From Octopus vulgaris (taxonomy: Eukaryota): a DNA stretch of 64,000 nt. The stretch is taken from NCBI GenBank assembly GCA_951406725.2, contig OX597833.1, positions 38,006,001 to 38,070,000 on the forward strand, given 5' to 3'. Below the pieces are notes generated by a model that saw only the letters and a list, made by a program, of their open reading frames with translations, did not search any database and was not told the origin of the DNA. Made by a program: the position numbers and the translations under genes. Below, piece by piece: positions 1 through 11,544 of the stretch (its first letter is position 1; every line of letters begins with the position of its first letter).

Positions 1-61
1 GCTGATGATGGCTGCAGTTTTCCTTGCGGAAAATAACAGCTGAAACTAAGTTAGTACATGG
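1..61 (+). ncRNA. Type I hammerhead ribozyme, copy 1 (5' strand of helix I cut off by the window edge)
   Basis: g-CTGATGA-t-ggctg...cagct-GAAA-ctaagttag-TA-catgg. Confidence 0.85.
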
Positions 62-501
62 GTAATTATTTTATTTCGTATATTTTTCACTTGTTTATTG
101 CTAAGGTTTTGTGTTGAGTTTGATCTGAGAACATAATCTTTTGTGGAGAATGACGATTTGACGTCTATATCTAGCATGTTGACTGTCCACTTTTCGTGTT
201 CAGTCCTTAATTGGTATATATAAATATTTTAATCTTCGGATTCTTTTTTAATATGCTAGACCACTGGTCTTAATTGATAAATATCAATTTCTACCCTTAA
301 TTAATTTTATATAAATAAATGTTCTCTAACCGATAAATTAACTGCTGCTAATTATTAGCTGCAGGCTAGTTTTCTCGGGTCTCAACGCGCCAAAGTAAAG
401 GCATTTGAAAGATATATTCAAATGTAATAGGCTGAACTCCATGCACGCGATATTTCGGTATCGTGTTTGCATTTAGTCCAGCAAATTACATTTATAACGG
501 A

Positions 502-566
502 CCATGCTGATGATGGCTGCAGTTTTCCTTGCGGAAAATAACAGCTGAAACTAAGTTAGTACATGG
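502..566 (+). ncRNA. Type I hammerhead ribozyme, copy 2; predicted cleavage after GUA (A561)
   Basis: Helix I ccatg/catgg; core CTGATGA (507-513) plus an extra U; helix II ggctg/cagct extended by ttttcc-ttgc-ggaaaa; GAAA (547-550); helix III A-ctaa-g-ttag-T; H17 = A. Confidence 0.9.
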
Positions 567-1006
567 GTAATTATTTTATTTCGTATATTTTTCACTTGTT
601 TATTGCTAAGGTTTTGTGTTGAGTTTGATCTGAGAACATAATCTTTTGTGGAGAATGACGATTTGACGTCTATATCTAGCATGTTGACTGTCCACTTTTC
701 GTGTTCAGTCCTTAATTGGTATATATAAATATTTTAATCTTCGGATTCTTTTTTAATATGCTAGACCACTGGTCTTAATTGATAAATATCAATTTCTACC
801 CTTAATTAATTTTATATAAATAAATGTTCTCTAACCGATAAATTAACTGCTGCTAATTATTAGCTGCAGGCTAGTTTTCTCGGGTCTCAACGCGCCAAAG
901 TAAAGGCATTTGAAAGATATATTCAAATGTAATAGGCTGAACTCCATGCACGCGATATTTCGGTATCGTGTTTGCATTTAGTCCAGCAAATTACATTTAT
1001 AACAGA

Positions 1007-1071
1007 CCATGCTGATGATGGCTGCAGTTTTCCTTGCGGAAAATAACAGCTGAAACTAAGTTAGTACATGG
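1007..1071 (+). ncRNA. Type I hammerhead ribozyme, copy 3
   Basis: Identical to 502-566, shifted by 505 nt. Confidence 0.9.
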
Positions 1072-1511
1072 GTAATTATTTTATTTCGTATATTTTTCAC
1101 TTGTTTATTGCTAAGGTTTTGTGTTGAGTTTGATCTGAGAACATAATCTTTTGTGGAGAATGACGATTTGACGTCTATATCTAGCATGTTGACTGTCCAC
1201 TTTTCGTGTTCAGTCCTTAATTGGTATATATAAATATTTTAATCTTCGGATTCTTTTTTAATATGCTAGACCACTGGTCTTAATTGATAAATATCAATTT
1301 CTACCCTTAATTAATTTTATATAAATAAATGTTCTCTAACCGATAAATTAACTGCTGCTAATTATTAGCTGCAGGCTAGTTTTCTCGGGTCTCAACGCGC
1401 CAAAGTAAAGGCATTTGAAAGATATATTCAAATGTAATAGGCTGAACTCCATGCACGCGATATTTCAGTATCGTGTTTGCATTTAGTCCAGCAAATTACA
1501 TTTATAACGGA

Positions 1512-1576
1512 CCATGCTGATGATGGCTGCAGTTTTCCTTGCGGAAAATAACAGCTGAAACTAAGTTAGTACATGA
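1512..1576 (+). ncRNA. Type I hammerhead ribozyme, copy 4 (G>A at 1576 shortens helix I to 4 bp)
   Basis: Same core; 3' strand reads catga instead of catgg. Confidence 0.88.
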
Positions 1577-2016
1577 GTAATTATTTTATTTCGTATATTT
1601 TTCACTTGTTTATTGCTAAGGTTTTGTGTTGAGTTTGATCTGAGAACATAATCTTTTGTGGAGAATGACGATTTGACGTCTATATCTAGCATGTTGACTG
1701 TCCACTTTTCGTGTTCAGTCCTTAATTGGTATATATAAATATTTTAATCTTCGGATTCTTTTTTAATATGCTAGACCACTGGTCTTAATTGATAAATATC
1801 AATTTCTACCCTTAATTAATTTTATATAAATAAATGTTCTCTAACCGATAAATTAACTGCTGCTAATTATTAGCTGCAGGCTAGTTTTCTCGGGTCTTAA
1901 CGCGCCAAAGTAAAGGCATTTGAAAGATATATTCAAATGTAATAGGCTGAACTCCATGCACGCGATATTTCGGTATCGTGTTTGAATTTAGTCCAGCAAA
2001 TTACATTTATAACGGA

Positions 2017-2081
2017 CCATGCTGATGATGGCTGCAGTTTTCCTTGCGGAAAATAACAGCTGAAACTAAGTTAGTACATGG
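2017..2081 (+). ncRNA. Type I hammerhead ribozyme, copy 5
   Basis: Identical to 502-566. Confidence 0.9.
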
Positions 2082-2232
2082 GTAATTATTTTATTTCGTA
2101 TATTTTTCACTTGTTTATTGCTAAGGTTTTGTGTTGAGTTTGATCTGAGAACATAATCTTTTGTGGAGAATGACGATTTGACGTCTATATCTAGCATGTT
2201 GACTGTCCACTTTTCGTGTTCAGTCCTTAATT

Positions 2233-2276
<44 letters not shown>

Positions 2277-2362
2277 GCTTAGGAGTTCAGTAGAAGAGAC
2301 TGCTAAAAAAGTACCAGGTTTAAAAAAGAAAGTACTGGAGTTCATTTTTCAACTGAACCCTT

Positions 2363-2419
2363 CATGGCTGTGCACTAGCATGGCTGTGCACTAGCATGGC
2401 TGTGCACTAGCATGGCTGC
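2363..2419 (+). repeat. 16-bp tandem repeat (CATGGCTGTGCACTAG, about 3.5 copies) inside a SINE 3' fragment
   Basis: Read directly; flanks match the SINE tail (CAGCATGGC...AATGACTAAAACAGGTAAAAGA). Confidence 0.85.
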
Positions 2420-3029
2420 AGTTCAATGACTAAAACAGGTAAAAGATACAAGATACACCCAATACACACAAAGCTCACATTCAGGTCCTTAAATACAATT
2501 AGCAAACACTTGCACAAATATTTGCAAATAAGCTGGTTCAAATCCTGCCATAAGAATAATTTGGAGATGAAGTAGAGGCTTCCACAAGTAGAGGCTGCAG
2601 CACTAAATTCTTTATCACAAAATACCAATCCCTTTTGAATGCATCCACAACAAATGATACTGTCACCAGGGCCTTAGAATAACACCCATGCAAATATTAA
2701 AACAATATATTCAAAACAATCACCACAAGAATTTAATCAGAACAATTTCAATCACTACTATCATCCACAAGGAGTCACTTTTAGGTCAATTGACCATTTA
2801 AGTGGATTCCATCAGCATCCTGCTACTCTGGCATTGTTGTTGTTAAACTCAGGTCATGTAGAACTATAGCTAAAGGTTTTCTTGTGGAGTTTCAGAATTG
2901 CTCACCCACATAGGTTGTACTTTCTCCATTTGCGCTGGGATTTTTCATTTTTTTTTTTTTTGCACCATGCACTTCAAAATGAGGGTGGGAAGTCTTTTCT
3001 AAAAAAATTTTTTTTAATCTTTTCTTTAT

Positions 3030-3440
3030 TTTACTTTACTAGTTTCAGCTCAAGAGTTGTGGCCATGCTGGGGCACTGGCATTAGCTTTGCTAAACTTTC
3101 ACATCTTTTACTTGTTTCCCATCCTGGGACACTGCCTTGAAGAATTTTTAATCAAATGAATCAACTGGGTACTTATTTTTTTCTTTTAAGCCTGATAGTT
3201 ATTCTATCACTCTCTTTTGATGAACTGCTAAGTTATAGGGATATAAACACACCAACACTCATCAAGTGAAAGTGGGGGACAAACATAGACACATAATCAC
3301 ACACACACACATTCATACACACACGTACATACCTCCATCTACCAAATTCACTCATAAGCTTTGGTCAGCCGAGGTTATTGTAGTGGTATTGAACCCAGAA
3401 CAGTATGGTTAGAAAGCTTCTTACCACACAGCCATGCCCG
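3030..3440 (-). mobile_element. tRNA-derived SINE (major family), degraded
   Basis: Matches 42920-43436 in head (GGCTGTGTGGTAAG) and tail. Confidence 0.8.
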
Positions 3441-3804
3441 ACCATAGTTTTTAAACATTGCTCACCCCCATACCTTCATAACAGCCCTCACTTTTAGAAA
3501 ACATTTTCCTCCCTCACTTGTTATTATATTCCATATTCTGAAACAAATGTAATCCAAATTTTTTAGAGGAAGAAAAAAAAATTAAAATCCATGATTTTAA
3601 ACATGTCTTCTTCCTAAAACAGAAACCACCACTGAAATATTTTTTTTTAGCATTTTTTTCGTCATTCTATTATATCCTACTTGGAAATCTCATTTAAAAT
3701 AAAACAAAAATTCTTACTTCCCTTTCTTCATCATACAATTAAAAAAAATGTCAAACACTACAAATTGATGTGAGAAAAATTAAATTTGAATTTTGAAAGA
3801 AGTA

Positions 3805-4170
3805 CCGTATATACTTGAGGATAGGTCACACATATTTTACCAAAAATTTTGATAAAAATCAGGGTTGCAACCTTTCCACTCGACATCACAGGGATCTGAA
3901 ATAAACAGTGGTGTAGCAATAGTCAAGTTTTTTTATCAATTGGGTTACTTTCATAAAGCCACTTCCACAGAAATGTTTTAATATTTGCAAGCAAAGTTTT
4001 GAAATAAAGGTGAACATTTGATACTATTTAACAAATATTAGTTATATTTATGTTATAAGGGGGCCATTGTAACTCCCCAGAGTATAGTGCGACCTATGTG
4101 CAAGTCAACAACAAATACCTACTTTGACAACCCCAAACTAAGAGTGCAATCTATCTGCAAGAATATACGG
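3805..4170. mobile_element. MITE of the Tc1/mariner-pogo (Tc2-like) type
   Basis: TA|CCGTATATACTTGAGGATAG ... CTATCTGCAAGAATATACGG|TA: imperfect TIRs of about 20 bp with TA target duplication. Confidence 0.8.
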
Positions 4171-4682
4171 TACCTATAAAATGATAATTCTGGTCATTTA
4201 AAATGTAGAAAAGAATATTTTTGATAAAATATAATGGGATCAAAAATATATCTTGTTTTCCTTTCTCTCTATCAAATAACAACAATTAATCACAGTAGCC
4301 TCTTATTCTAAGTAAGATAGTTATATTTATTTTGGCTAATTTTTGGTTTGTGAGGAAGATAAAAAATTGGTTTGTAAAATTAAATTTGATTGGAATTATA
4401 TCAATGTAAATAAAGCCAGTGTTAATCAAGTCTTGCTTTTCTCTAATTTTTATGTCAAAGAAAAACGTTTTAACAGTACAGCAATAGTATAAAAGAAAAA
4501 CAACAAAAATAAAACACAAATATAAAAAAATTATTTTAATAAGGTAAGGTATAATGAAAAGATGAAGTTAAGAATTTTTTTTTGGTTTAAATATAAATTC
4601 TAAGTATTTCAAAATACGGAATATAATAAAATGGTGGGTTGGGTGCAGGGGTTAAAATACAAGTATTTTTCAGATCATTCCA

Positions 4683-4900
4683 TTTTACTCTTTTACTTGT
4701 TTCAGTCATTTGACTGTGGCCATGCTGGAGCACTGCCTTTTAGTCGAGTAAATCAACGCCAGGACTTATTCTTTGTAAGCCTAGTACTTATTCTATCAGT
4801 CTCTTGTTCCGAACTGCTAAGTTACGGGGACATAAACACACCAGCATCAAGCGATGTTGGGGGGACAAACACAGACACACAAACATATACACACACACAT
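4683..4900 (-). mobile_element. SINE 3' half (major family)
   Basis: TTTTACTTGTTTCAGTCATTTGACTGTGGCCATGCTGGAGCAC... is shared with the other copies. Confidence 0.85.
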
Positions 4901-5707
4901 GCAAGCAGTGGACTATTTCAAAGACTGTACGATGGGTTTTGAGGGAGATTAGGATGCAATTTTGAGTTGGATGAATGGCTGTGTAGAAGATCCCCTATTG
5001 ACTCATAATCAAAAGGGGTGTAAGATTTTATTCTCTCAGCATATCCCTATTACAAAAAAGCATTATTGTTGGAAATAGCAAAGTGACCAATAGCTGCACA
5101 TTACAGATGACCCGTCATTATTTTATAAGCAAAAATCAACATGGTATTGAAGAAGACAAAGCTTTAATGCATGAAGGAAACTATGGGAAAGAAAGAGAAT
5201 TGTGTTTGGACTTAATAGAAATAATAAGCAGTAATCAGCATGCAAACACCACCACAATTACCTCCCTTATATTTGTTTACTGGTTTATTCATACAAATAC
5301 AGGAAAACAGACAGAACCAGCAGTAGTTTATACTTTTAATAAATCAACTGGTCAGTAAGCATATCTCATTAACTCTATTTTGGTTTCATTTACACATAAA
5401 TGTTCAGGCAAGTTAGTTATTTCAATAACTTTATAATCAAATATTTTTCTGTAACTCATAAACAAGCAAAGTTGTCATCAACCACTATTATCTAATGAGC
5501 AAGCCTCTAGATGGTTACTGGCTTTGCTAGAAACAGTAGCCAAATCTCCCTCAAATCATGCTTTACTGGAGTATAAAATGGAAAGCCATATTAGATAATG
5601 CATTCCGTGACATCTCTCAAAAAGAAAACTGACCCCAACAGGAATGTATTTGATCAGCCTGTTCAAACACTAGCCATATCTCTCACAAATTTCACCTTAC
5701 ATATTAA

Positions 5708-5919
5708 CCCTTTAGCATTCAGATTACCCTGTCAAATGTAGCACTTATTTATTCACATCATTATCCTGCATTATCTCATAGCTTTGAGGTTTCAATGATG
5801 TGACAACATATTTTTAGAATGACATTGTATGGTAGGTGTGAAAGGCCAGATCTGGCAGGCTTGAACATAAAATAAGTAGAATATTTTGGCCTGGTATGGC
5901 TGGTTTAAATGCTAAAGGG
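5708..5919. mobile_element. piggyBac-type MITE, family A
   Basis: TTAA|CCCTTTAGCATT ... AATGCTAAAGGG|TTAA; further copies near 22190-22420, 44975-45414, 46642-46861, 46866-47081 and 55347-55560. Confidence 0.88.
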
Positions 5920-6214
5920 TTAAGGAAAAAAACAACATAGCTAAAGATGATGCAGTCTATCTGAATATAAGACAGGATGGACAAGATTGGAATGTTTGAA
6001 CAGGGCTGATCTGGGGCTAATCCAGAATAACCATTAACTACTTGAAGCCTTTCAAGTCAATAAGAAAATCACATTATGGTCACTCAACCTGCTGGGAATA
6101 ATAGCCAAATTCCTTCCCACAGTCTTAGGGAAGGATATGCTAGATAACGGTGACTTCAGTTACCTACATATTATAGGAAGGCAACAGGGCTGACTTGGAT
6201 TTAAAACAACCATT

Positions 6215-6670
6215 ACTTACTTTTATTCTTTTACTTGTTCAAGTCATTAGACTGCAGCCATGCTGGAGCACCACCTTTAGTCAAACAAATCAACCCCAGG
6301 GCTTATTCATTTTAAGCTTAGTACTTATTCTATCGGTTTCTTTTGTTGTACCACTAAGTTACAGGGATGTAAACACACCAACATCAGTTGTCAAGCGATG
6401 GTGGGGGGACAAACACAAGCACACACACGCACAAACATGTACATACATACACACACACACACACACACAAACATGTACATACATACATACACACACACAC
6501 ATATATGCAGCAGGTTTCTTTCGGTTTCTGTCTACCAAATCCACTCACAAGGCTTTGGTCAGCCTGAGGCTATAGTAGTAGATACTTCCCCAAGGTATCA
6601 TGCAGTGGCACTGAACCTGGAACCATGTGGTTGGTAAGCAAGCTAGTTACCACACAGTCACTCCTGCACC
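6215..6670 (-). mobile_element. tRNA-derived SINE (major family), full length with internal CA microsatellite
   Basis: Minus-strand head GTGCAGGAGTGACTGTGTGGTAACTAGCTTGC...GGTTCCAGGTTCAGT; shared tail. Confidence 0.88.
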
Positions 6671-7029
6671 TATACTACTAACATTATCTTTCTATAAGCT
6701 AGAACTTTCATTGCTCGTTCATCATATCATTTGCATATCACTTCTATTAAGTAACATTTGATATTCTTCTGATTTAATCTTAATCTATCATTTAGAGTCG
6801 CATTACCTACACCAACACCAAAAAGAAAAAAAGAAAGTCTCATCTTACTTTTCTCCTGAACCTTCAAAATAACACATAGTTAATAAATCTGTCAAAAACT
6901 GTGGCAATTCAGTGAGGAAGTATAGTAGTGCGTTTGTGTGTTTGTGTTTGTGTTTGTGTGTGTGCGCGTGTATGCATACATATATATTATTTCTTTATTG
7001 CCCGTGTATGCATATATATATATTATTTC

Positions 7030-7243
7030 TTTATTGCCCACATAGAGGGGAAAAACAAGGACAGACAGAGGGATTAAGTTGATTAGATCGACCCCAGTGT
7101 GTAACTGGTACTTTATTTATCGACCCCAAAAGGATGAAAGGCAAAGTCGACCTTGGTGGAATATGAACTCAGAACGTAACGGCAGACGAAATACCGCTTA
7201 GCATTTCGCCTGGCATGCTAACGTTTCTGCTAGCTCACCGCTT
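7030..7243 (-). mobile_element. Second SINE family with a Nin/Deu-like central domain
   Basis: Minus strand GGTCGACTTTGCCTTTCATCCTTTTGGGGTCGATAAATAAAGTACCAG; related copies near 21090-21280, 40155-40300, 40358-40570, 45880-46010 and 48750-48900. Confidence 0.75.
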
Positions 7244-7277
7244 TATGCATACATATATATGCATATATACATACATA

Positions 7278-8345
7278 CGAGATTGTATCAAAAAGTACCT
7301 GGACTAGATCTGTAGCACACCAATACATGGCAGCACATGATTGTGTGTGCAGTGAGAGCTAGCAGTGACCTTCATGAGGCAGTGTGCCAAGTGACATCAC
7401 AGTGTTTACTTGGCAAGTTATGAAATTTGGGTTTTTGTGATCACATGTAAGCTGTAATCTGCAATTTTGTCATCGACAAGAAGTGGGGACCATGAAATTT
7501 TGCGTTAAACTTGAGAAGTCTGCTACAGAGTGATTGAGTATGCATCAGCAAGCTTACGGTGATGATGCAATGAGTCATATGCAAAGTTTTGATTGGCACG
7601 ATCACCTCAAAAGTAGAAGAACATTGTTGGAAAATGATGAGTGATCTGGATAACCTGCCACAAGCATCACCCCTTGTTGTTTGTTCCTTCTCGAGCCATG
7701 CCTGGCTCATAAGGGCTGGTTTCCCAGTTTCCTTGGCATATAGGTTCCCCACCTGGATGGGACACCGGTCCATTGCAGGTGAGCTGCAAGATGCAGGAGG
7801 AAAGAGTGAGAGAAAGTTGTGGTGAAACAGTCAGCAGAAGTTTGCCATTACCTTCTGCTGGAGCAGCATGGAGCTTAGGGATTTTACTCATAAACACACA
7901 CATAGCTTGGTCCGAGATTCGAACCCGTGATCCCTCAACTGCAAGTCTGCTGCAACCACTAGGCCATGTACCTCCACAAGCATCACCCTTGGAAATGTGA
8001 AAAAAATTCATGAGCTTGTGCATGAGGATTGTTAGAGGATATTCAACAACGTTTTTAAACATTTGATGTAGGACATTCGGCAAAAGTGAACAGACCTGTA
8101 GGGCACAAAGAAATGGATTCTCCATGATGACAACGCACCCTGTCACCAAGCTCTCCTCACTCGTGAGTTTCTCTCTACCCTATTCACTAGATTTAGTTCC
8201 TGTGGACTTACATCGCTTCCCCAACAGGAAGATGAAGCTCAAAGGTCACTGTTTTATTGAAAACAACTTCCAGGCTGGATTCCAAAAGGGGCAGGAATGC
8301 TGAGACCAGTGTATTGCTGTGCAAAGTGACTATTTCAAAAGAGAT
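7278..8345 (+). mobile_element. Degenerate mariner transposon, interrupted by a SINE
   Basis: TA|CGAGATTGTATCAAAAAGTACCTGGAC end; translated remnants KFCVKLEKSATE..QQAYGDDAMS, HDDNAPCH and PYSLDLVPVD (mariner HDNARPH / YSPDLAPxD motifs). Confidence 0.8.
7672..7977 (-). mobile_element. tRNA-headed SINE inserted into the mariner, with target-site duplication
   Basis: Minus head GTGGAGGTACATGGCCTAGTGG...GGTTCGAATCTCGG (A/B boxes); flanking direct repeat CCACAAGCATCACCC at about 7658 and 7974. Confidence 0.8.
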
Positions 8346-8867
8346 GATGATAAAAGAATATTCTCACTTATGAGAAAAAAACGATGTAAAAACACCATAT
8401 CTGTCCAGTGGTGTCCCTTGTCAGATTCCCAGATGTGTTTCTAGCTCTTTAATCATTATCAACAGGAAATACTAAAGAGAGGAAACTTTGGTCAGACTTA
8501 ATTAAAGACATAGCTTTATATATATATATATATACCTAGTATATATAAATCACAGTATTTGTGTATATATTGACAAATGCATACATTTACACAATTCTCA
8601 ACTGATTTTCACCAAACTTAACACACACACACACACATTACGTATGTCCCAAGGATGATCAAGCACTATAACATTTTGCCCAGAGCTCCCACATAAATGG
8701 ACAAACTGGAAAAAATGGTGATTTACATGGGTTTTTCTATAATTCATTGCATGTACATAGAATTTTTGTATTTAGGGTCTTCCATACTTTTTTAATCTAT
8801 ATGGTCATATATTGGCATTAGAGAATATTTTTCAGTAGTTTTCACATTTTTGAGATATTATTTACAT

Positions 8868-9058
8868 GTTGTAAATTGCGTATTATTACTTGGTTAGAGA
8901 ATATTATAAAAATGAAAGGATTTTGCTTATTTATATATTTCAACTGGCCACCTGTTATCATTTATTTATATGTTGTAATTGTATATTACTACTTGGTTAG
9001 AGAATATTATAAAAGTGAAAGGATTTTGTCTATTTATTTATTTCAACTGTCCACCTGC
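8868..9058 (+). repeat. Imperfect tandem duplication of about 105 bp
   Basis: TACTTGGTTAGAGAATATTATAAAA..GAAAGGATTTTG...TTTCAACTG.CCACCTG occurs twice. Confidence 0.8.
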
Positions 9059-9704
9059 GAGGGTGATTAAATTGACTAGGAACACTGTATGTGATGAATA
9101 TCCAATACCAAACAATCTCAATCTCCATATTTAAGCTGCATTAAACTTTGGTAAGCTTACTTTTACCTATTCTGAGTTACTTGAAAGGTGATGTTCCATT
9201 TCCTCTCTTCTATTTGTTGATACATTTGTTTACCTAAAAATGTGTTATTTCACCCATCCATTATGATATTTTGAATGCGACATCACTGTGAACTGGTAAA
9301 GATTCAAAACAGTATTCATGAGCTGAAGCCAAACTCTTCATGTCTTCATTTTTCATTACCTGTAAGCACGGAGCAAATACATTACTTTAACTCTACGTTT
9401 TCAAGTAGGTATTATATTGCCATTTTTGAATGTACCAATCATACTTCTCCCGAAAAAAATAGCTCCCTTTGCTGTTGAATAAAATGAACTTGCAGAGGGG
9501 AAGTTTCAACGTCTTCCTTCAATTTCCTTACACCATTTATGTGGCTGTTTCTGACAGGAAATTTCGCTTTCATGTAAAACAACTATATTTTGTAATTATT
9601 ATCCGTAATCTACTCCCAAAACACTTCAGTTGCTCTATTTTGCATCACTTGCAAACTTATATGTTCTATGATCAAAAAAAAAAGAATGACTTCACTGGTA
9701 GTAC

Positions 9705-9740
<36 letters not shown>

Positions 9741-9844
9741 CATACACACATACATACATACATACAATGTGTATATAAATATATATACTTTTATTCTTTT
9801 ATATGTTTCAGCCTTGAGGCTGTGGCCATGCTAAGGCACCACCA

Positions 9845-10990
9845 GTGTAATCACCTTTTAACTGGCCAATTCTATGGGATTGGCTTTTGGTGAAGGAGGG
9901 AGTTCAATAGCACTGCCCTCTTTTGAGTTTCCTGCCTTGATATTGGACAGCAAGAGGTCTAGCTGTTTCTTGAAAGCATTTACTCCCTTGAATCCGAAGC
10001 TACTTCAGTACATGGTCCTCACCTTAGATGAGACAGCTGGGACTTTTGGAACAGTTCAATGACATCCATTTGGAGAGCTGGTATAACTCTCAATTCCAAA
10101 GTTTGGTGGCAGCCCCTCCAGTATCTTCCACACATATCACTGCATACCTCTCCCATCTTCACTTCAGGGAGTAGAGTCATAGCTCTTTCAGTCCCTCCCA
10201 GTAGCTCAGCTGTTCCACAGATGCAATCTTCCTTGTGTAGTATCACTGAACCACCTCAAGTTCTGCTATTAATCCTACACTGTAAGGTGACCACAGTTGA
10301 GAGCAGTAGTCCTGATGGCTGAGGACAAATGTCGTCCATAAGACCAGCATAGTTTCCTGGTCTCTTATTCTGAAGGTTCTCAGAATCCATCTGGCCATTC
10401 ACCTCCACACTGCCACCATCTTCATGACATGCATGTGAAACAAGGCATTGTTGCTTGTATCAATCCCAAGATCATGCACCATATGTTCTTCTAGAACTAC
10501 CGCTCCTTTTGCTCCAAGTGTCGTTGTTGTGGTTTTTGAGCACCAATTAGCTGGTAGCGGAGGGCTTGGAATTAGCCTGCATTAAATTGCATGTTGTTGT
10601 CCTCAGCCCATTTATATATGGCATCTAGGCCTTTCCATAGAAAATTAGCATCAGAAGGTTCCTTGACTGCTTGTACTACTTTTGTGTCGTCTGCATAGCT
10701 AGTAAGTGTGACTTTCTGTGTCCGCTCTGCTACCTCCCTTATGGATAGGGCATATGATGCCTTCTTTTAATTTTGGGGGAAGTCTCCCTGTAGTGAGGTA
10801 ACTCTGAAAGAGAATCTGAAGTGGTCTAGCTTGAGCCTCTTTGCATTTCTTTAGGAGGATTGCTGGGAATCTGCCAGAGCCTGTTGCTGAGTTTTGATCT
10901 CATCTCATTAATGGTTGATATTACATCAGTTTCTTCTATGCTGATGCTATCAATAATTGCCATTTTGTTGTGTAGATCTGTGGAGCCAAA
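9845..10990 (-). mobile_element. Degenerate CR1/L2-group LINE, reverse-transcriptase and C-terminal fragments
   Basis: Minus-strand translation near 10575-10715: VTLTSYADDTKVVQAVKEPSDANFLWKGLDAIYKWAEDNNMQFNAG; C-terminal FKKQLDLLLS near 9950. Confidence 0.8.
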
Positions 10991-11511
10991 GAACTCATCA
11001 GGCATTGCAAGTGTCCCAGTGGAGTTGTGAAAGCACTCTTGTATTGCACATTCAGTATTTCATAAATTCTAAAATAAAATTTGGGATTTATGGAGGGTCA
11101 AGTTGGGAACAAAAAAATGACAGTGGAGACATACAAGAAACTGAACAAAAATAAAGAAGGAGGGTCGTTAGACCAGAATGAGAGGAAAATAGTGAATGCT
11201 GGGAGAAACATATTTTTGAAAAGAGAAAAGATAGAAAAGAGAGAGAAAAACACGTCCGCTCGTTTGAATGTCCGTGCAGGAAAAAGAAAGATGGATGATG
11301 GTCATGTGTGAGCAGTGAGAGAGAAAATAAAGAGAAAGAGGGGGAGAGACAGAGACAGATAGAAAGCAGTGAAGGAAGGGGGTCAAAAAAGGGAATTAGA
11401 GAAGGATGGAGAAAGAAAACAGTATAGAGAAGACAGTGGCATCAAAAAGGTGAAGATAAACTTATTGAGAAATGGATGCGTCGTGTTCAATTAAATAATA
11501 AATAATAAATA

Positions 11512-11544
<33 letters not shown>

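Larger units (their letters stand above)
1..2236 (+). repeat. Tandem array of a 505-bp non-coding unit (about 4.4 copies visible, truncated by the window start); each unit carries a hammerhead ribozyme (retrozyme-like / Penelope pLTR-like)
   Basis: GCTGATGATGGCTGCAG recurs at 1, 506, 1011, 1516 and 2021. Only about 5 substitutions were noticed (1004, 1467, 1576, 1898, 1985). No ORF of 60 aa or more in the track. The array ends where the unit's TTGGTATATA runs into a (TA)n tract. Confidence 0.97.

Noticed and set aside
1-2236. CRISPR array or plain centromeric satellite
   Set aside because: Whole 505-bp units repeat with no unique spacers and no cas genes, in a eukaryotic context. The ribozyme core and RNA hairpins argue against a simple DNA satellite.
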